Shown here: piece after piece, positions 52,130 through 64,000 of the stretch
Numbering within the stretch: the stretch's first letter is position 1
Layout: each line of letters starts with the position of its first letter
Assembly: GCF_009914755.1 (NCBI RefSeq)
Contig: NC_060928.1
DNA length: 64,000 bases
From: the human T2T-CHM13v2.0 reference genome, Homo sapiens
Reading direction: 5' to 3' (one strand)
Notes under the pieces: generated by a model
Seen by the model: only the letters and a program-made list of their open reading frames with translations
What the model was told of the DNA's origin: nothing
The model's database searches: none
Position numbers and translations under genes: made by a program

Positions 52130-54090
52130 GTCATTCAGTCAGTCAGTTCACATTGAACACACCCTCTGTGCCAGTTGTTTCTTTATGCCAGTAGGAGCTG
52201 GGATAAAAAAACATAAAAGTTAAATAGGTACCCTGGCTTCAAAGAGCTTGCAGTTTAGTGATAAAGAGAGGCCTGCAAACAGGCAATTGCCTTGCCATGT
52301 GATAAGTGTTCTACAGGGAGCAGTGCATGGTGCCACAGGAGCCTATAGTTGGTGCTGGAGACATAATGTTTAAACACAGACCTGAAAGTTGAGTAGGAGG
52401 AAGCCAATCAAAATGTGAGGAGGAAAATAATCCACCCAGAAGAAATAGAATGTGCAAAAACCTGTAATGAAGAGTGAACATGGTATATTCAAGAATCTGA
52501 AATAAGGTATTTTTGGTTTTGGTAAGAATGCAGAGTGAAATTTCAAAGGTAACAAGCCATTCGGCAGGAGAAATAAACAAAGGCAAGATCACGAATGGAT
52601 TTTTACATTTTGATTAACTTTTCCTTTATTAAAAAAAAAGAGAAGCCACTGAAAGATATCAAGTAGGGTAAGAAATGATGGCTACTTGTTTAGGAAGTAT
52701 AATTTGGGGGCAGAGGAAACTAAGGGACAGAGGTCAAAACCAAAGACAAGAGAATAACATAGGAGGCTACTGTAGTAGTTGAGGTAGAAAAGCACGGATG
52801 TATACCCTAAACTAATGCCAGAAAGAATTGCAAGAAGCAAATGGACTTGCTAGATGTCTAGAAAGTTGACTCATCAAAACTTTGCAAAAATTTGGATGAT
52901 GTCTGTGGTAGCAATAACAACAGTTAATACTTACATGGCACTTACTATGTTCCCATACTCATCTAAGTGTTTTGCTTATATTAAGCCATTTAATACGCCC
53001 AGAAAATGTCTCAGTTAGATAGTATTATAATTTCTGTTTTAGATGAGCAAACTGAGCAACAGAACATTTAAGTAACTTGTCCAAATTCACATAGCTAGTG
53101 GGTGGGAAAGCCAGGGTTTCAACCCAGGCATTCTGGCTCTGAAATGTAAGCTATTTAGTACGAGGCTACTCTGCTGATCCAAATGACAGTTACTGATTTA
53201 GTATTCATATTCAAAGTACTGTGTCAAGTACACTATAGTCATTAGTTTGTTTAAATGGTGGCAATTGATGAAGTTGAAGAAGACACAATTAGGTTTCTTG
53301 CTTAGTTACAAAGATAGGGAGCGCAGCAGACGAGCACAAGTTGAAAATCATTAATTGAATTTTAGTCAAGCTTATTTTGGGTTGCCTTTGAGTCACCCAA
53401 ACAGAGGTGTCCAGTAGGCAGTTTAATGTACATGACTAAAAGACTAGAGAGTTATTTGTCCTGGAGATAAGGGGGGAGGGATAGCATTAGGAGATATACC
53501 TAATGTAAATGACGAGTTAATGGGTGCAGCACACCAACACGGCACATATATACATATATAACAAACCTGCACGTTGTGCACATGTACTCTAGAACTTAAA
53601 GTATAAAAAAAAAATTCTGAATTCACCAGCATATGGATGTTAGCTAGAGACATATAAATGTTCAGACAGAGACTATTACAGAAAAGGAGGCTTGGAGAAG
53701 GACACAGAAAAAGATCAACTTCAATGCCAGGACAGAGAAAGATGACTAGAAAGCAGGATAAGGAATGGTCAAAGAGTTGGGGGGAAAATGGAAAATGTGA
53801 AGTTACACAAGTCAAGATAAGAAAACTTTTCAAGAATGACAGAGTGGCCAAATTAACAATGTAAAATACTACAAAATGTCTAAGAAACTTAAGTCCTGAA
53901 AAATGCCTATTCAATATAATATAGAAGTCATTGGTGATCTTAGGGTAGGAAGTTTTAGTTGGTTAGTGGAGGCAGAAGCCAAATTTCAGTAAGTTAAGAA
54001 GTGAGTGCAAGGTGAGGAAGTGGTGATAGAAAATCTAGACAAGGGATTCAAGGACTTTAGCTGTAATTTGTAAAGGAAGAGTTAGGTGGT
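52130..54090 (-). mobile_element. L2 fragments (interrupted by a MIR at ~52920-53165 and by L1PA)
   Basis: tcattcagtcagtcagttcacattgaacacaccctctgtgccag (L2 3' end), gaagccactgaaagat, gtccagtaggcagtt, gaagtcattggtgatctt. Confidence 0.65.
53471..53614 (+). mobile_element. Extremely 5'-truncated L1PA3/4-like 3' end (~145 bp)
   Basis: ggggggagggatagcattaggagatatacctaatgtaaatgacgagttaatgggtgcagcacacc...agaacttaaagtat followed by an A-tail. Confidence 0.92.
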
Positions 54091-54129
54091 AATTGAATGG
54101 TGGGTGAGTACGTGTGAAGAGAATTTATA

Positions 54130-56190
54130 GATCGGTAGAACAGTAGATAGTCCAGAAATAAAGCCACACTTGTGTAGTCAATTGATTGTGCCAAAAAAAT
54201 TCAATGTGGAAAAGTAGCTTATTCAAGAAATTGGTATTGAAAAAACTGCTAATGTGTGAAAAGAAATCTTGATTCCTGATTTAGACCACAAGTAGAAATT
54301 AACTAGAGATGGAAGATAGATCTGAAGAACGATTAAAGGATAAAGAGTCTAGAAAAAACATGATTTGGGATAGGAAAATATTTACTCAACAGGTCACAAA
54401 CTAATATTTAGAAAAGAAAAATATAGTATATAATTTATTAAAGTTCATGTGTTCTGCTCATCAAGACACTTAACTGAATGGGAGGCTAGCAGAAAATACA
54501 TGCAAAATATATACACATTCATTATAAAGAACTTATACCAAGAATATATAATTACAAAACTCAATAATAAAATGACAACCCAAGAAAATGGGTAAAATTT
54601 TGAACAGACACTTTACAGTAGAAAATATATAAATGGCCAATAAACATACAAAACATTAGTCAAAATCATTAGTCATTAGAGAAATGCAAATTTAAACCAT
54701 AATGAGATACCTCTACATACACAGTAAAATGACTAAAATTAAACAGATTGATAGCAAATGTTGAGGACATGAAGTAACCAGAAATCACATAAATTGCTGG
54801 TGGGTATATAAAATTCTCCATCATTGTACAAAAAATTTGTCAATTGCTTACAAAAATAAAAACATGCACCTAGCCTTTGGCTGAGTAATTTCACTTGTAT
54901 GCGTTTACCTAAAAGACATGAAAAGACTTGTATAAGAATGTTAATAGTAGCTTTATTCATAATAGCTTGAATTTGGAAATAATCCAAATTTCCTTCAACA
55001 TAAGAATGATTAAAGTAGTGTATTCACATGGTATAATAATTTTCAGCAAAATAATAAAAATAAAAAAAGGAATATTGATAGCCACAAAAATATGTATAAA
55101 GCTCAGAGCCATCATGCTGTGCTAAAGAAGCTAGGCATAAAAGTTACCTATGTGTGATTTTATTGATATGAAATTCTATATTAGGTATAGTTAATTGATA
55201 TTTTTGTAAAAATCGGAAAGTGGGTTGTCTTTGCGGTGGCAAGAATACCTGGGAAATGGGAATGCGTTAACTTTTCTGGCTAATGGAAATGTTCTATATC
55301 TCGAAGTGTGAATCATTACAAGTGGATGCATACAATTATGAAATTGTACACTTTTGATTTATACACACTTTGTTGTATATAAATTTTACTTTAAAAAATG
55401 CCCTTAATATTGAACCCTAGTTGGTAGGTTTACTTTTTGCAGTAATAGAAGATGGCAATTCTGAAACCCCTTTCTGTGTATTCTAGGCTTGAACAAATGA
55501 GTAAATAGATTGAGGAATATGGAAACAAAGTCTTCCATTATGGAGGGGAGGAGATATTAATAAAGAATAAATTAAGAACATATTACAATCTCATATATGG
55601 AGTGGTATATGGAATTAGAGATTTATGAACTCAGTTTTAAATACATATAAAATAAATATAGATATGAGCATATATAAATTTGATACATAAATGTAATACT
55701 TATACATAAATATGTATACAAATATTCATATTTTCCTAGCTCCGTTTGCTGAAAGGCCTGAGAAATCATGACGCAGCAGTAGCTATGAGCCCACTTAGTA
55801 CTTGGATCTTGGTTTCTAAATATTACCATTCACCAAAAAGTACCAGGACCTCTTAAAGAAAAGCCTGCTTCCAAAGCTGGGGCAGGGAAAAGTACAAGAT
55901 GAGCTAGGAATATCTCGTTGTGGGAGGAAAAAAAAGAAAGTTCTTAAAGAATGACATGAATACTCAAAAGGACACAAGATTTAACTTGAATCTCTCTTAA
56001 CCAAATCCAGGAAAATTTGACTTCCAAAATAATGATAGAAATTGATTATAGCCCATTGAATAAAGTAAAAATCTATAAGTTGATATTGGTATATATGAAT
56101 GAATGCATGCATGAGTCACTGAACAGTAAATTAATAAATTAAAAAAGGGAAAACCTTTATTTATAGAATATCAACTAATAAAAGGAAAAG
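54130..56190 (+). mobile_element. Ancient L1 (L1ME/L1MC-like) ORF2 end and 3' UTR
   Basis: tgaacagacactttacagtagaaaatatataaatggccaataa, agagaaatgcaaatttaaaccataatgagatac, followed by L1MC4-like 3' UTR phrases. Confidence 0.7.
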
Positions 56191-57486
56191 AGAAAACTTC
56201 CCACAACATTCTAAAAGAGCAACTGGTCTCACATAAAACGAGGAACACCACTTACATCCTACGAGTGGGAAAGAGAAAAGAGTATGCAGATATGGGAATG
56301 TTTTATATTTGTAGTTGAGAAAGAAAAATATTTCATTTTTCTTTTTGGTGGTGATGGTGTTTTCTCTCTGTCAAGTATGATGTCTGAAATGGCTGTCCAG
56401 AAAATGGGCATGATATCAAATTAGAAAATATGGAAGGACCTTGAGGAGCCTATTGATGTTGGAAATAAAGAATCTGTAATGATCCAAACTGGCAATCAGG
56501 GTTACTCTTTCATTTTATCAGCATTCTGTTCTATCCCTACCTATAATTTGAAATTGTATGGTGAGGAATAAATGTCATTTTTCTTTGAAAACTCATTTAT
56601 AGAACATTCTTATCAGTTTGCGTTTTCACATGCTTATAAACTGCAATTTTCTCTTAGCAATATCCAAGTGAGACAGAGCTAAAAGTAGGGCCAGCATTAA
56701 CTCTTTGCTGAATCTAAAATTAAATAGCTTTTACTCCTTCGCTTTGGAGGGCAGAAGTCCCTTCTTTTGTTAATTAAAATTTTTATTGAGATAACTGTAG
56801 AGTCACATGGAATTCTAATAAATAATACAGAAAGATCCCCTGTATACTTTATCCAGTTTCAGTCAATAGTAACTTTTTGTAAAACTGTAATGTAGTATCA
56901 GAGGCAGGATAATGACATTAATGTAATCTACCAGTCTTACTCATTTCCATCATTTTACGTATACTCATTTATGTTTGTGTATGTATATTTACTTTGACAC
57001 AATGTTATTAGATATATATGTCTGTTTATGCACCAGCACAGTTCAGGTACTGAAGGTTTCCAACTCCTCAAGTATCTCTTGCATTGTTTTTTACAGCCAT
57101 TCTTATTCCTCTCCCACTGACCATACCTTCCATTTGTAACCCCTGGTTGCCACTAATCTGTCCTCAATCTTTTAAAATTGTTATTGCAAATATTTTATAA
57201 ATGGAATTGTACAATATGTAACTTTTTGAGGTTGTTTTTTAAATTTAATTCAATTCCCTGAGGATTCATCCTAGTTATGTGACTCAGAAGTTTGCTCTTT
57301 TTTAATGCTAAGTATATTCTATGGTATGTATGTACCAGAGTTTATCTTTTGAAGGACAATTTGAACTGATTCCAGTTTTGGGCTTCTACAAATGAAGCTG
57401 CTATGAACATCCATACACAAGTTTTGGCAAAAACAATTTTCATTCTTCTGGGAAAAATGACCAAGAATAAATTTGCTGAGTATTAG

Positions 57487-57851
57487 TGTATTAGCTAGGG
57501 CTGCATAGCAAAATAACAAAGACTGGATGGCTTAAGCAACAGAAATTTATTTTCTCATAGTTCCGGAGGAAAGAAATCCAAGATCACGGTGCTAGCAGGG
57601 TTGGATTCTTCTGAGGCCTCTTTCACTTGCAGATAATCAACCTTTTGCTGTGTCCGCATGAGGCCTTTTTCCTGTTCATACAAACCCCTGGTGTCTCTTA
57701 TAGGAGGCCAGTCATCTTGGATTAGGGTCCCACCCATATGAACTCATTTAACCTTAATTGCCTTTTTAAGGTCCTGTCTCCAAATACAGTCACAGTGGGA
57801 GTTAGAACTTCAATATATGAATTTTGGGGGCATATAATTCCATCTATAACG
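57487..57851 (-). mobile_element. MLT1A0-like solo LTR nested in L1MC
   Basis: tgtattagctagggctgcatagcaaa...caacagaaatttattttctcatagtt...ctccaaatacagtcaca...ctataac. Confidence 0.85.
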
Positions 57852-59154
57852 TATAATTATGGGGTATTTTACTTTTATAAGAAACTGCCAAACTATTTTC
57901 GAGTATGGCTATGCCATTTTGCATTCTCACTAGTATTCTACAAGTGATTCAGTTTCTCTGCATCCAAACATCCTTGGTATTGTCACTATTTTTAATTTTA
58001 CCCAATTTGTAATCTCAAGTTGTATTTTCCTGATGGGATATATGTCTATGCTTAACATCTTTTCATGTCCTTATTTATCATCTGTGTATCATCTTCAGTA
58101 AAATGTCCGTTCACTTCATTTGCCTATTTTCTAATTGGATTGTTGAATTTTTATTGCTCAGTTTTCAGGGTTCTTTATATATTCTAGATACCAGGCCTTT
58201 GTTCAATAAATATTTTTCAAATATTTTCTCCTAGTCTGTAGCTTATCTTTTGATCCTTTTAATAGATGTTTTTGTACAAAGAAAAACTATTTAATTTTAA
58301 TGTGGTCTAATTTGTCAGTTTTTTCCTTGTATAGGTTTTGGAATCAATTTAAAAACTCTGCTGAGAGCTAGATCCCAATGATTTTCTATTTTTTCTAAAA
58401 GTTTCATAGTTTTATATTTTACATTCAAGTCCATAATCTATTTTGAGTTAATTTTCATATGGTATAAGATTAGGTCAAAGCTTAATTTTTTTGCCTATGG
58501 ATATTCAATTGCTCCAGTGCCATTTGTTGCAAAGGCTACTTTTTTTCTGCATTGAATCATTTTGTATCTTTGGCAAAATTCAGTTGGTATATCTGTGTGG
58601 GTCTATTTCTGAGTTCCACATTTTGTTTCGTTGGTCTATTGTTGAAGCCCTCAATCATACTACATATCTTGATAACTGGAGCTATATAGCAAGCTTTCCA
58701 TTTCAGGTAGATTAATTTTTCCCACTTTATTTTTCTTTGTCAAGATTGTTTTAGTTACTCTAGAGCCTGTGGTTTTCCATATAATTTAAAAAATAAGCTC
58801 ATCTATATCTACAAAACTTCTTCCCGATTTTTTTTACAGGAATTGCATTAAACTTACAGATCAATTTGGGAGAACTCATATTTTTACTGTGATGAATCAT
58901 CATCCAATCCATGAGCATAGTATGTCAATTTAGATTTTTAAAATATATTTCATGACAATTTTGTAATTTTCAACATATGTAATGTACATAGTTTGATAAG
59001 TATATACCTACATAATTCATTTTTTGAGTAACTGTTAATGTTATTGTTTTTAATTTTGTCGTATCTTCATTGTCAGTATGTGATTTTCTTTTGTGTGTTG
59101 ATCTTATATCTTACCTCCTTGATGAACTCACTTATCAGTTCTAGTACTACATTT

Positions 59155-59562
59155 TTATATTCCTTGCTATTTTCCATACATTTAAGGAAGTCATCAGTAA
59201 ATAGAGATAGTTTTATTTCTTTGTTTCTGATCTGTATGTCTTTTTTCTCTTTATTGCCGTGGCTAGATTCCTTGGTATTTTCTATACATTTTAGGGTCTG
59301 TGGTATTTTTAGATTATTTAGTATTTTCTATGCATATACACAAGTCATCTGTAAATAGATATAGTTTTATTTGTTTCCAATCTGATTTTTTTATTTATTG
59401 CAGTGGCTAGATTCCTTGGTATGTTCAATGCATTTTAGGTTCCTTTGTATTTTTACAGTCCTTGTTATTTTCTATGCATATGAGCAAATCATCTGTAAAT
59501 AGAAACAGTTCTATTTTTGTTGTTTCTAATCTGTATATTTTTCTTTATTGGAGTGGCTAGAA
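59155..59562. repeat. Degenerate triplication (~145-150 bp unit) inside L1MC
   Basis: GTGGCTAGA at 59259, 59403 and 59553; TCATC(A/T)GTAAATAGA at 59191, 59345 and 59488. Confidence 0.85.
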
Positions 59563-62500
59563 CTTCCAGCTACATATAGAATAAGAGTGGTGAGAGCAGA
59601 CGTCCTTGCTTTGCACCCTATCTTAGGGACAAAGCATCTAATCTTTCACCATTGGATATGATGTCATCTGTAGATATTTTGCAAATGGCTTTTACTAAAC
59701 TCAGGTAATTCTCATCTATTCCTAACTTGCTGAGAGTGTTTTATTATGCATAGCTATTGGATTTTCTCAAATGCTTTTCTGCATCAAATGATATATGTTT
59801 TTCTTCCTTAGCTTGTTGATATGATGAATTACACTGATTTTTTTTAAAGTTGTAACAGCCTGGCACAAGGGGAAAAAAAAACCACTTTGTTATGGTATGT
59901 AATTATTTTTATACATTAATGGATTAAATTTGCTAATATTTTGTTTCAGATTTTTGTACTTACATTCATGAGAGATGTTGGTCTGTATATTTCCCTGTTT
60001 TTGTTGTCCTTTCTGGTTTTGTCATCAGGATATTTGCCTCATGAAATGAGTTGGAAAACATTCTCTACCATTCTGTGTTCTTGAAGAGATTGTATAGAAT
60101 CAGTTTTAATTCATTTTTGATATTTGGTATAATTCTGCACTAAAACCATCTAGTTCTGAAGATTTCTTTAGTAGGAACTTTTAAATTACCAGTTTTAAAT
60201 TACTTTAACAATTATACAGCTATTGACGTTATGCACTTCATTTTTGTTGAATTTTAATAGTTGATAGTTTTGAAGGAATTATTCCATTATTTTTAAATTG
60301 TTAAATTTATGAGCAAAAGTCATTTGTAATATTTCCTCATTATCACTTTAATGGCTATAGGATCTGTAGTAATATCTCCTATTTCATTCTTGATATTGAT
60401 TTGTGTTTTTTGTATATGTTGCTAGAGATTTATCAATTTAACTGATTTAAAAAAAACCTCAGTTTTTTCCTAATGATTTTTTCTATTTTTTTCTATTTTC
60501 AATTTCACTGACTTTTGCTCTTATCTTTGTTTCCTTCATTTCTTTGGGTTTATTTTTCTCTTTCTTTCTCTAGTTTCTTAAGATAGAAAATTGATTTGAG
60601 ATCTTTCCTCATTCTAATGTAAGCCTTTTGAGCTATAAATTTTCCTCTATGCACTGCATTAGCTACACCTCACATGTAGGCTGTGTTTTTGTTTTCATTT
60701 ACCTGCATATATTTTTAATATCCATTGACACTCTTTATCCATGTATTTAGAAGTGACTTATTTAATTTTCATGTGTCTAAAGATTTTTCTGTTTTCCCTT
60801 TTTTGTTTTCTAATTTTATTCCATTATAGTCAGAGAATATACTATGTATGATTACACTTTAAAATTCTTTAAATTTGTTTAAGTTTGTTTTATGTTCCAG
60901 GATATGGTCTTGGTAACTTTTCCATGGGTGCATGAGAAAATATATATTGTGCTATTGTTAGGTGACATGTTTTATATTTGTGAATTAGATCCTGCTGACT
61001 GATGTTGTTCAGATCTTCTATTTTCTCACTGTAGGTAGTAATTTTATCCGTTGCTGAGAGGAAGATGTAGAAGTCCTTGACCATAATTGTGGATTTGTCT
61101 GTTTCTCCTTTCAGTTCTATCAGCTTGTGCTTCCTGTACTTTCAGGCTCTGTTGTTTGATGCATGCAGTGTTAGAATCACTATGTCTTTCTAAAATATTG
61201 ATAACTATCATTATTTGTCTCTAATAATTTTCTTTGCTCTAAATTCTACTTTATCAGATACTAACATAGCCATTACTGTTTTTCTTTGATTAATGTTTGC
61301 ATCACATATATTTTTCTATCTTCCTACTTTCAACCTACGTCTGTCAAATTTGAAGTGTTTCTATGGGCTATAGTTGGATTGTGTTTTCATATCTACATTG
61401 TCCATCTCTGTGTTTACAGTGGTATACTTAAGCAATTAACATTTAAGGTAACTATTAACATGATGTTGCTTAAAACTGCCATTTAATTTGCTTTCTATTT
61501 GTTTCTCCTGTTTCTCATTCCTCTTCCTGTTTCTCTATTCTTGCCTTCTATTGGTTACCTGAATATTTTTTAAGATTTCATATTGCTTTATTTATTGCGT
61601 TATTTAGTGCATCTCTTTGTGGAGTATTCATAGGATTATTCTATAGATATATCTATATCTATCTAAAATCTGTTATCATTTGAATTTGTGTTTTTGTAGT
61701 GTCTCTTCCAGTTGCTTTCAAAATTTTTCTTTGTCTTTACTTTTTGAAAGTTTAATTATGATGTGTCTTGACATGGATTTCTTTGAGTTCATCTTGTTGG
61801 AATCATTCAGCTTCTTGGATCTGTAGGTTTGTATCTTTTGTAAAATTTGAAAAGTTTTCAGTTATTTTTTCAAACATTCCTTCAGACTCACTCTTTCTCT
61901 TCTGAGACTGATGATACAAATTTGGATCTTTTATATTGTTCTAGAGGCTCCTCAGTCTCTGCTGAACTTTTTCAGTCTATTTTCTCTGTTGTTTAGGTAA
62001 ATTCTATGACCTGTCCTCAAACTCACTGTTTCTAATGTCTGTCATCTCCACTCCTATTATGTTCATGAAGTTTAACATTATGGGTTTTTTTCTATAATTT
62101 CCATTTAGTTATTTTTATAAGTATTCTTTCTTTACTGAAATTTTCTGTGTTGTCACTTGTTTCAGGATAATTTGAAATTAAATATTGAAGCATAGTAACG
62201 ATGACTTCATTAACTATGATGAAAATCCATATTAGATAATTGCAACATCTGATTCATCTTAGTGTTATATCAATTGTCTTTTCTCACTTAGGTTGTGGTT
62301 GTCTTGGTTCTTGGAATAATAGCTAACTTTTAATTGTATCCTGGCCATTTTGTCTATTATATTAGGAGATTCTGGATTCTATTTCATTTTTTTAAAGCAG
62401 TTACCCTATTTCTAGCCTACTTTTTAATCCTGTAATTCTAATGGCAATTTAAATGTTAGAACCTTGGTGGTGTTATTTTGATCTGATTGGTTTATGTGGT

Positions 62501-64000
62501 ACTGTAGGAATTCCCACTTGCCTGTTGATGTTCCCTGAGTGTGTGGAAGGAGTTTTCTCAGTCTGGGTTGCTGTGTCTCTCACAGTGGCAGAAGGGTGGC
62601 AAGGGATCCACTACCCATGACCCCTACTTCACAGTTTCTCTGAGTAGGGAAGATGATTCTCAGGTCAGGAGTGTAAAAGAGATGTCCTAGGTCTGGCAGC
62701 TTGTTGTTACTGGGTCCCTATTGCTGATTCTGCCACCAGCGCTAGTGACCCTGGACAGAGAGGAGTTTTCTAGGCCTGGGTAATTACCATTGTTGAGTCC
62801 TCTTGCCTCTTTTGCCCATCTGACATAATTCTTCCTCAAAGGAAGTTGCGTAAAAGAGACTCCTCAGGCAGGAATTCTTGCTATGGCTTGGTCCCTCTAG
62901 AAGGTTCTGCTGGCTTCTCTTGCCTACCCAGTGTTGCTGGGTAGAAAATGGGTGTCTCAGGACCAAAGAGGCATCCAAGACCAAGCCAATTGTTGTGACT
63001 GAGTCCCTCCTGCTGCTTCCACTCATTGTTTCCAGTATCTCTTGGAGGGGAAGAGAATCTCAATCAAGTGGGAAAGGGGAGTGCTTCATGGCTGATTTAA
63101 ATTGATGGGATTACTTGTTGATTGATCCTCCTTTTATTGGTGTCAGACTTGTCCAGTGTTCTCAGAGGTACTCTTAATTGATCTCAGAAGAGAAATTAGA
63201 ATATGTGGGCTGCCTTCTGTTGCTAGGTTGGAATCAGAAAATGCCTGGTCTGACTTCATTTTCTCCTCTTGGTTGGGGTAAATGTAAGACATTCCCCGCT
63301 ACTCTGTTTTTCCTCCAACCCTGGGATCCCAAACCGGTCTGTTCTCTTATCACCTTCCAGAGTTCTTCTTTGGTTGTTGGTTGCATTATTTCCAGCTTAC
63401 AGCTGTGCTTAGCAGGGAGGAGCAAGAAGAAGCAGGTCTATACCAGATATACTTGTCTGGAACAGAAGTCCCACACCATTTAATTTTGACAGTGATTTGT
63501 TTTTAATAGCTGTGCAAGAACTACACTTAATGCTTAACATCCATACCCCAAATATTTGAATGTTTTATTTATCTTTTTCTCTTATATAAATTTTAAAGCA
63601 GTTTTGCAGCCCAATGATAATATATTATTCCTATAGAGGTAATTCACTAAGATTTATTTTTAAGTTCTAAAATCCTTTGATGATGACTTGATCTTTGCTA
63701 TCATAGCTTAAGTGTAAAGTTTTCTGATAGCTCATTCAACCAAGGCTTTGTACCATTTATTGTTCACTGGAACCTTCTCTTAGAATGAGATTGAGCAGCT
63801 TTGCATAAAATGAGGAGGTAAGAAAGGATAAAAAGAAAGGGATATAAATTGGCTTAGTTCTAATATTTAAAAACATTTTGGAAGAGAAATATTATCTTTA
63901 ACAAGAATAATGATGGGAGCGTTGAAGTGACTGGAGATACTGTGAATATGTACTTTGAAATTTAGATGTAGATTGAGCACAAAGAAAATACCAATTTTAT

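Larger units (their letters stand above)
56772..63470 (-). mobile_element. Near-full-length ancient L1 (L1MC1/2-like) with internal deletions
   Basis: Antisense 3' end (aaataatacagaaagatcccctgtatac), an endonuclease remnant in ORF 60890-61084 (IEDLNNISQQDLI), and a 5' end whose reverse complement begins gacttctgttccagacaag. Confidence 0.82.

Overview
This is AT-rich mammalian DNA, almost certainly human (or a close great ape). It is recognisable as the locus of PDHA2, the intronless testis-expressed retrogene for pyruvate dehydrogenase E1-alpha (human 4q22-23, from recall). The only credible protein-coding gene is PDHA2 (CDS 17351-18517, + strand, 388 aa), which sits in a CpG-dense patch. The rest is intergenic and rich in decayed repeats: L1PA 3' fragments, two near-full-length ancient L1M elements, two Alus, LTRs (THE1, MSTA, MLT1, MER4, MER21, MER34, MER39), DNA-transposon relics (MER20, Charlie1a, Tigger4a, MER47A), L2 and MIR, plus a U6 snRNA pseudogene. 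I see no evidence of a new multi-gene biological system. The best leads are regulatory or evolutionary: upstream ATGs, a uORF and a fossil start codon at PDHA2; a perfect NRF1 palindrome next to an E-box just downstream of the gene; a probable ~1.1 kb inversion with a cluster of replication scars at 46.3-47.8 kb; and several template-switch signatures. Repeat subfamily names come from recalled consensus sequences, and old-repeat boundaries are approximate.
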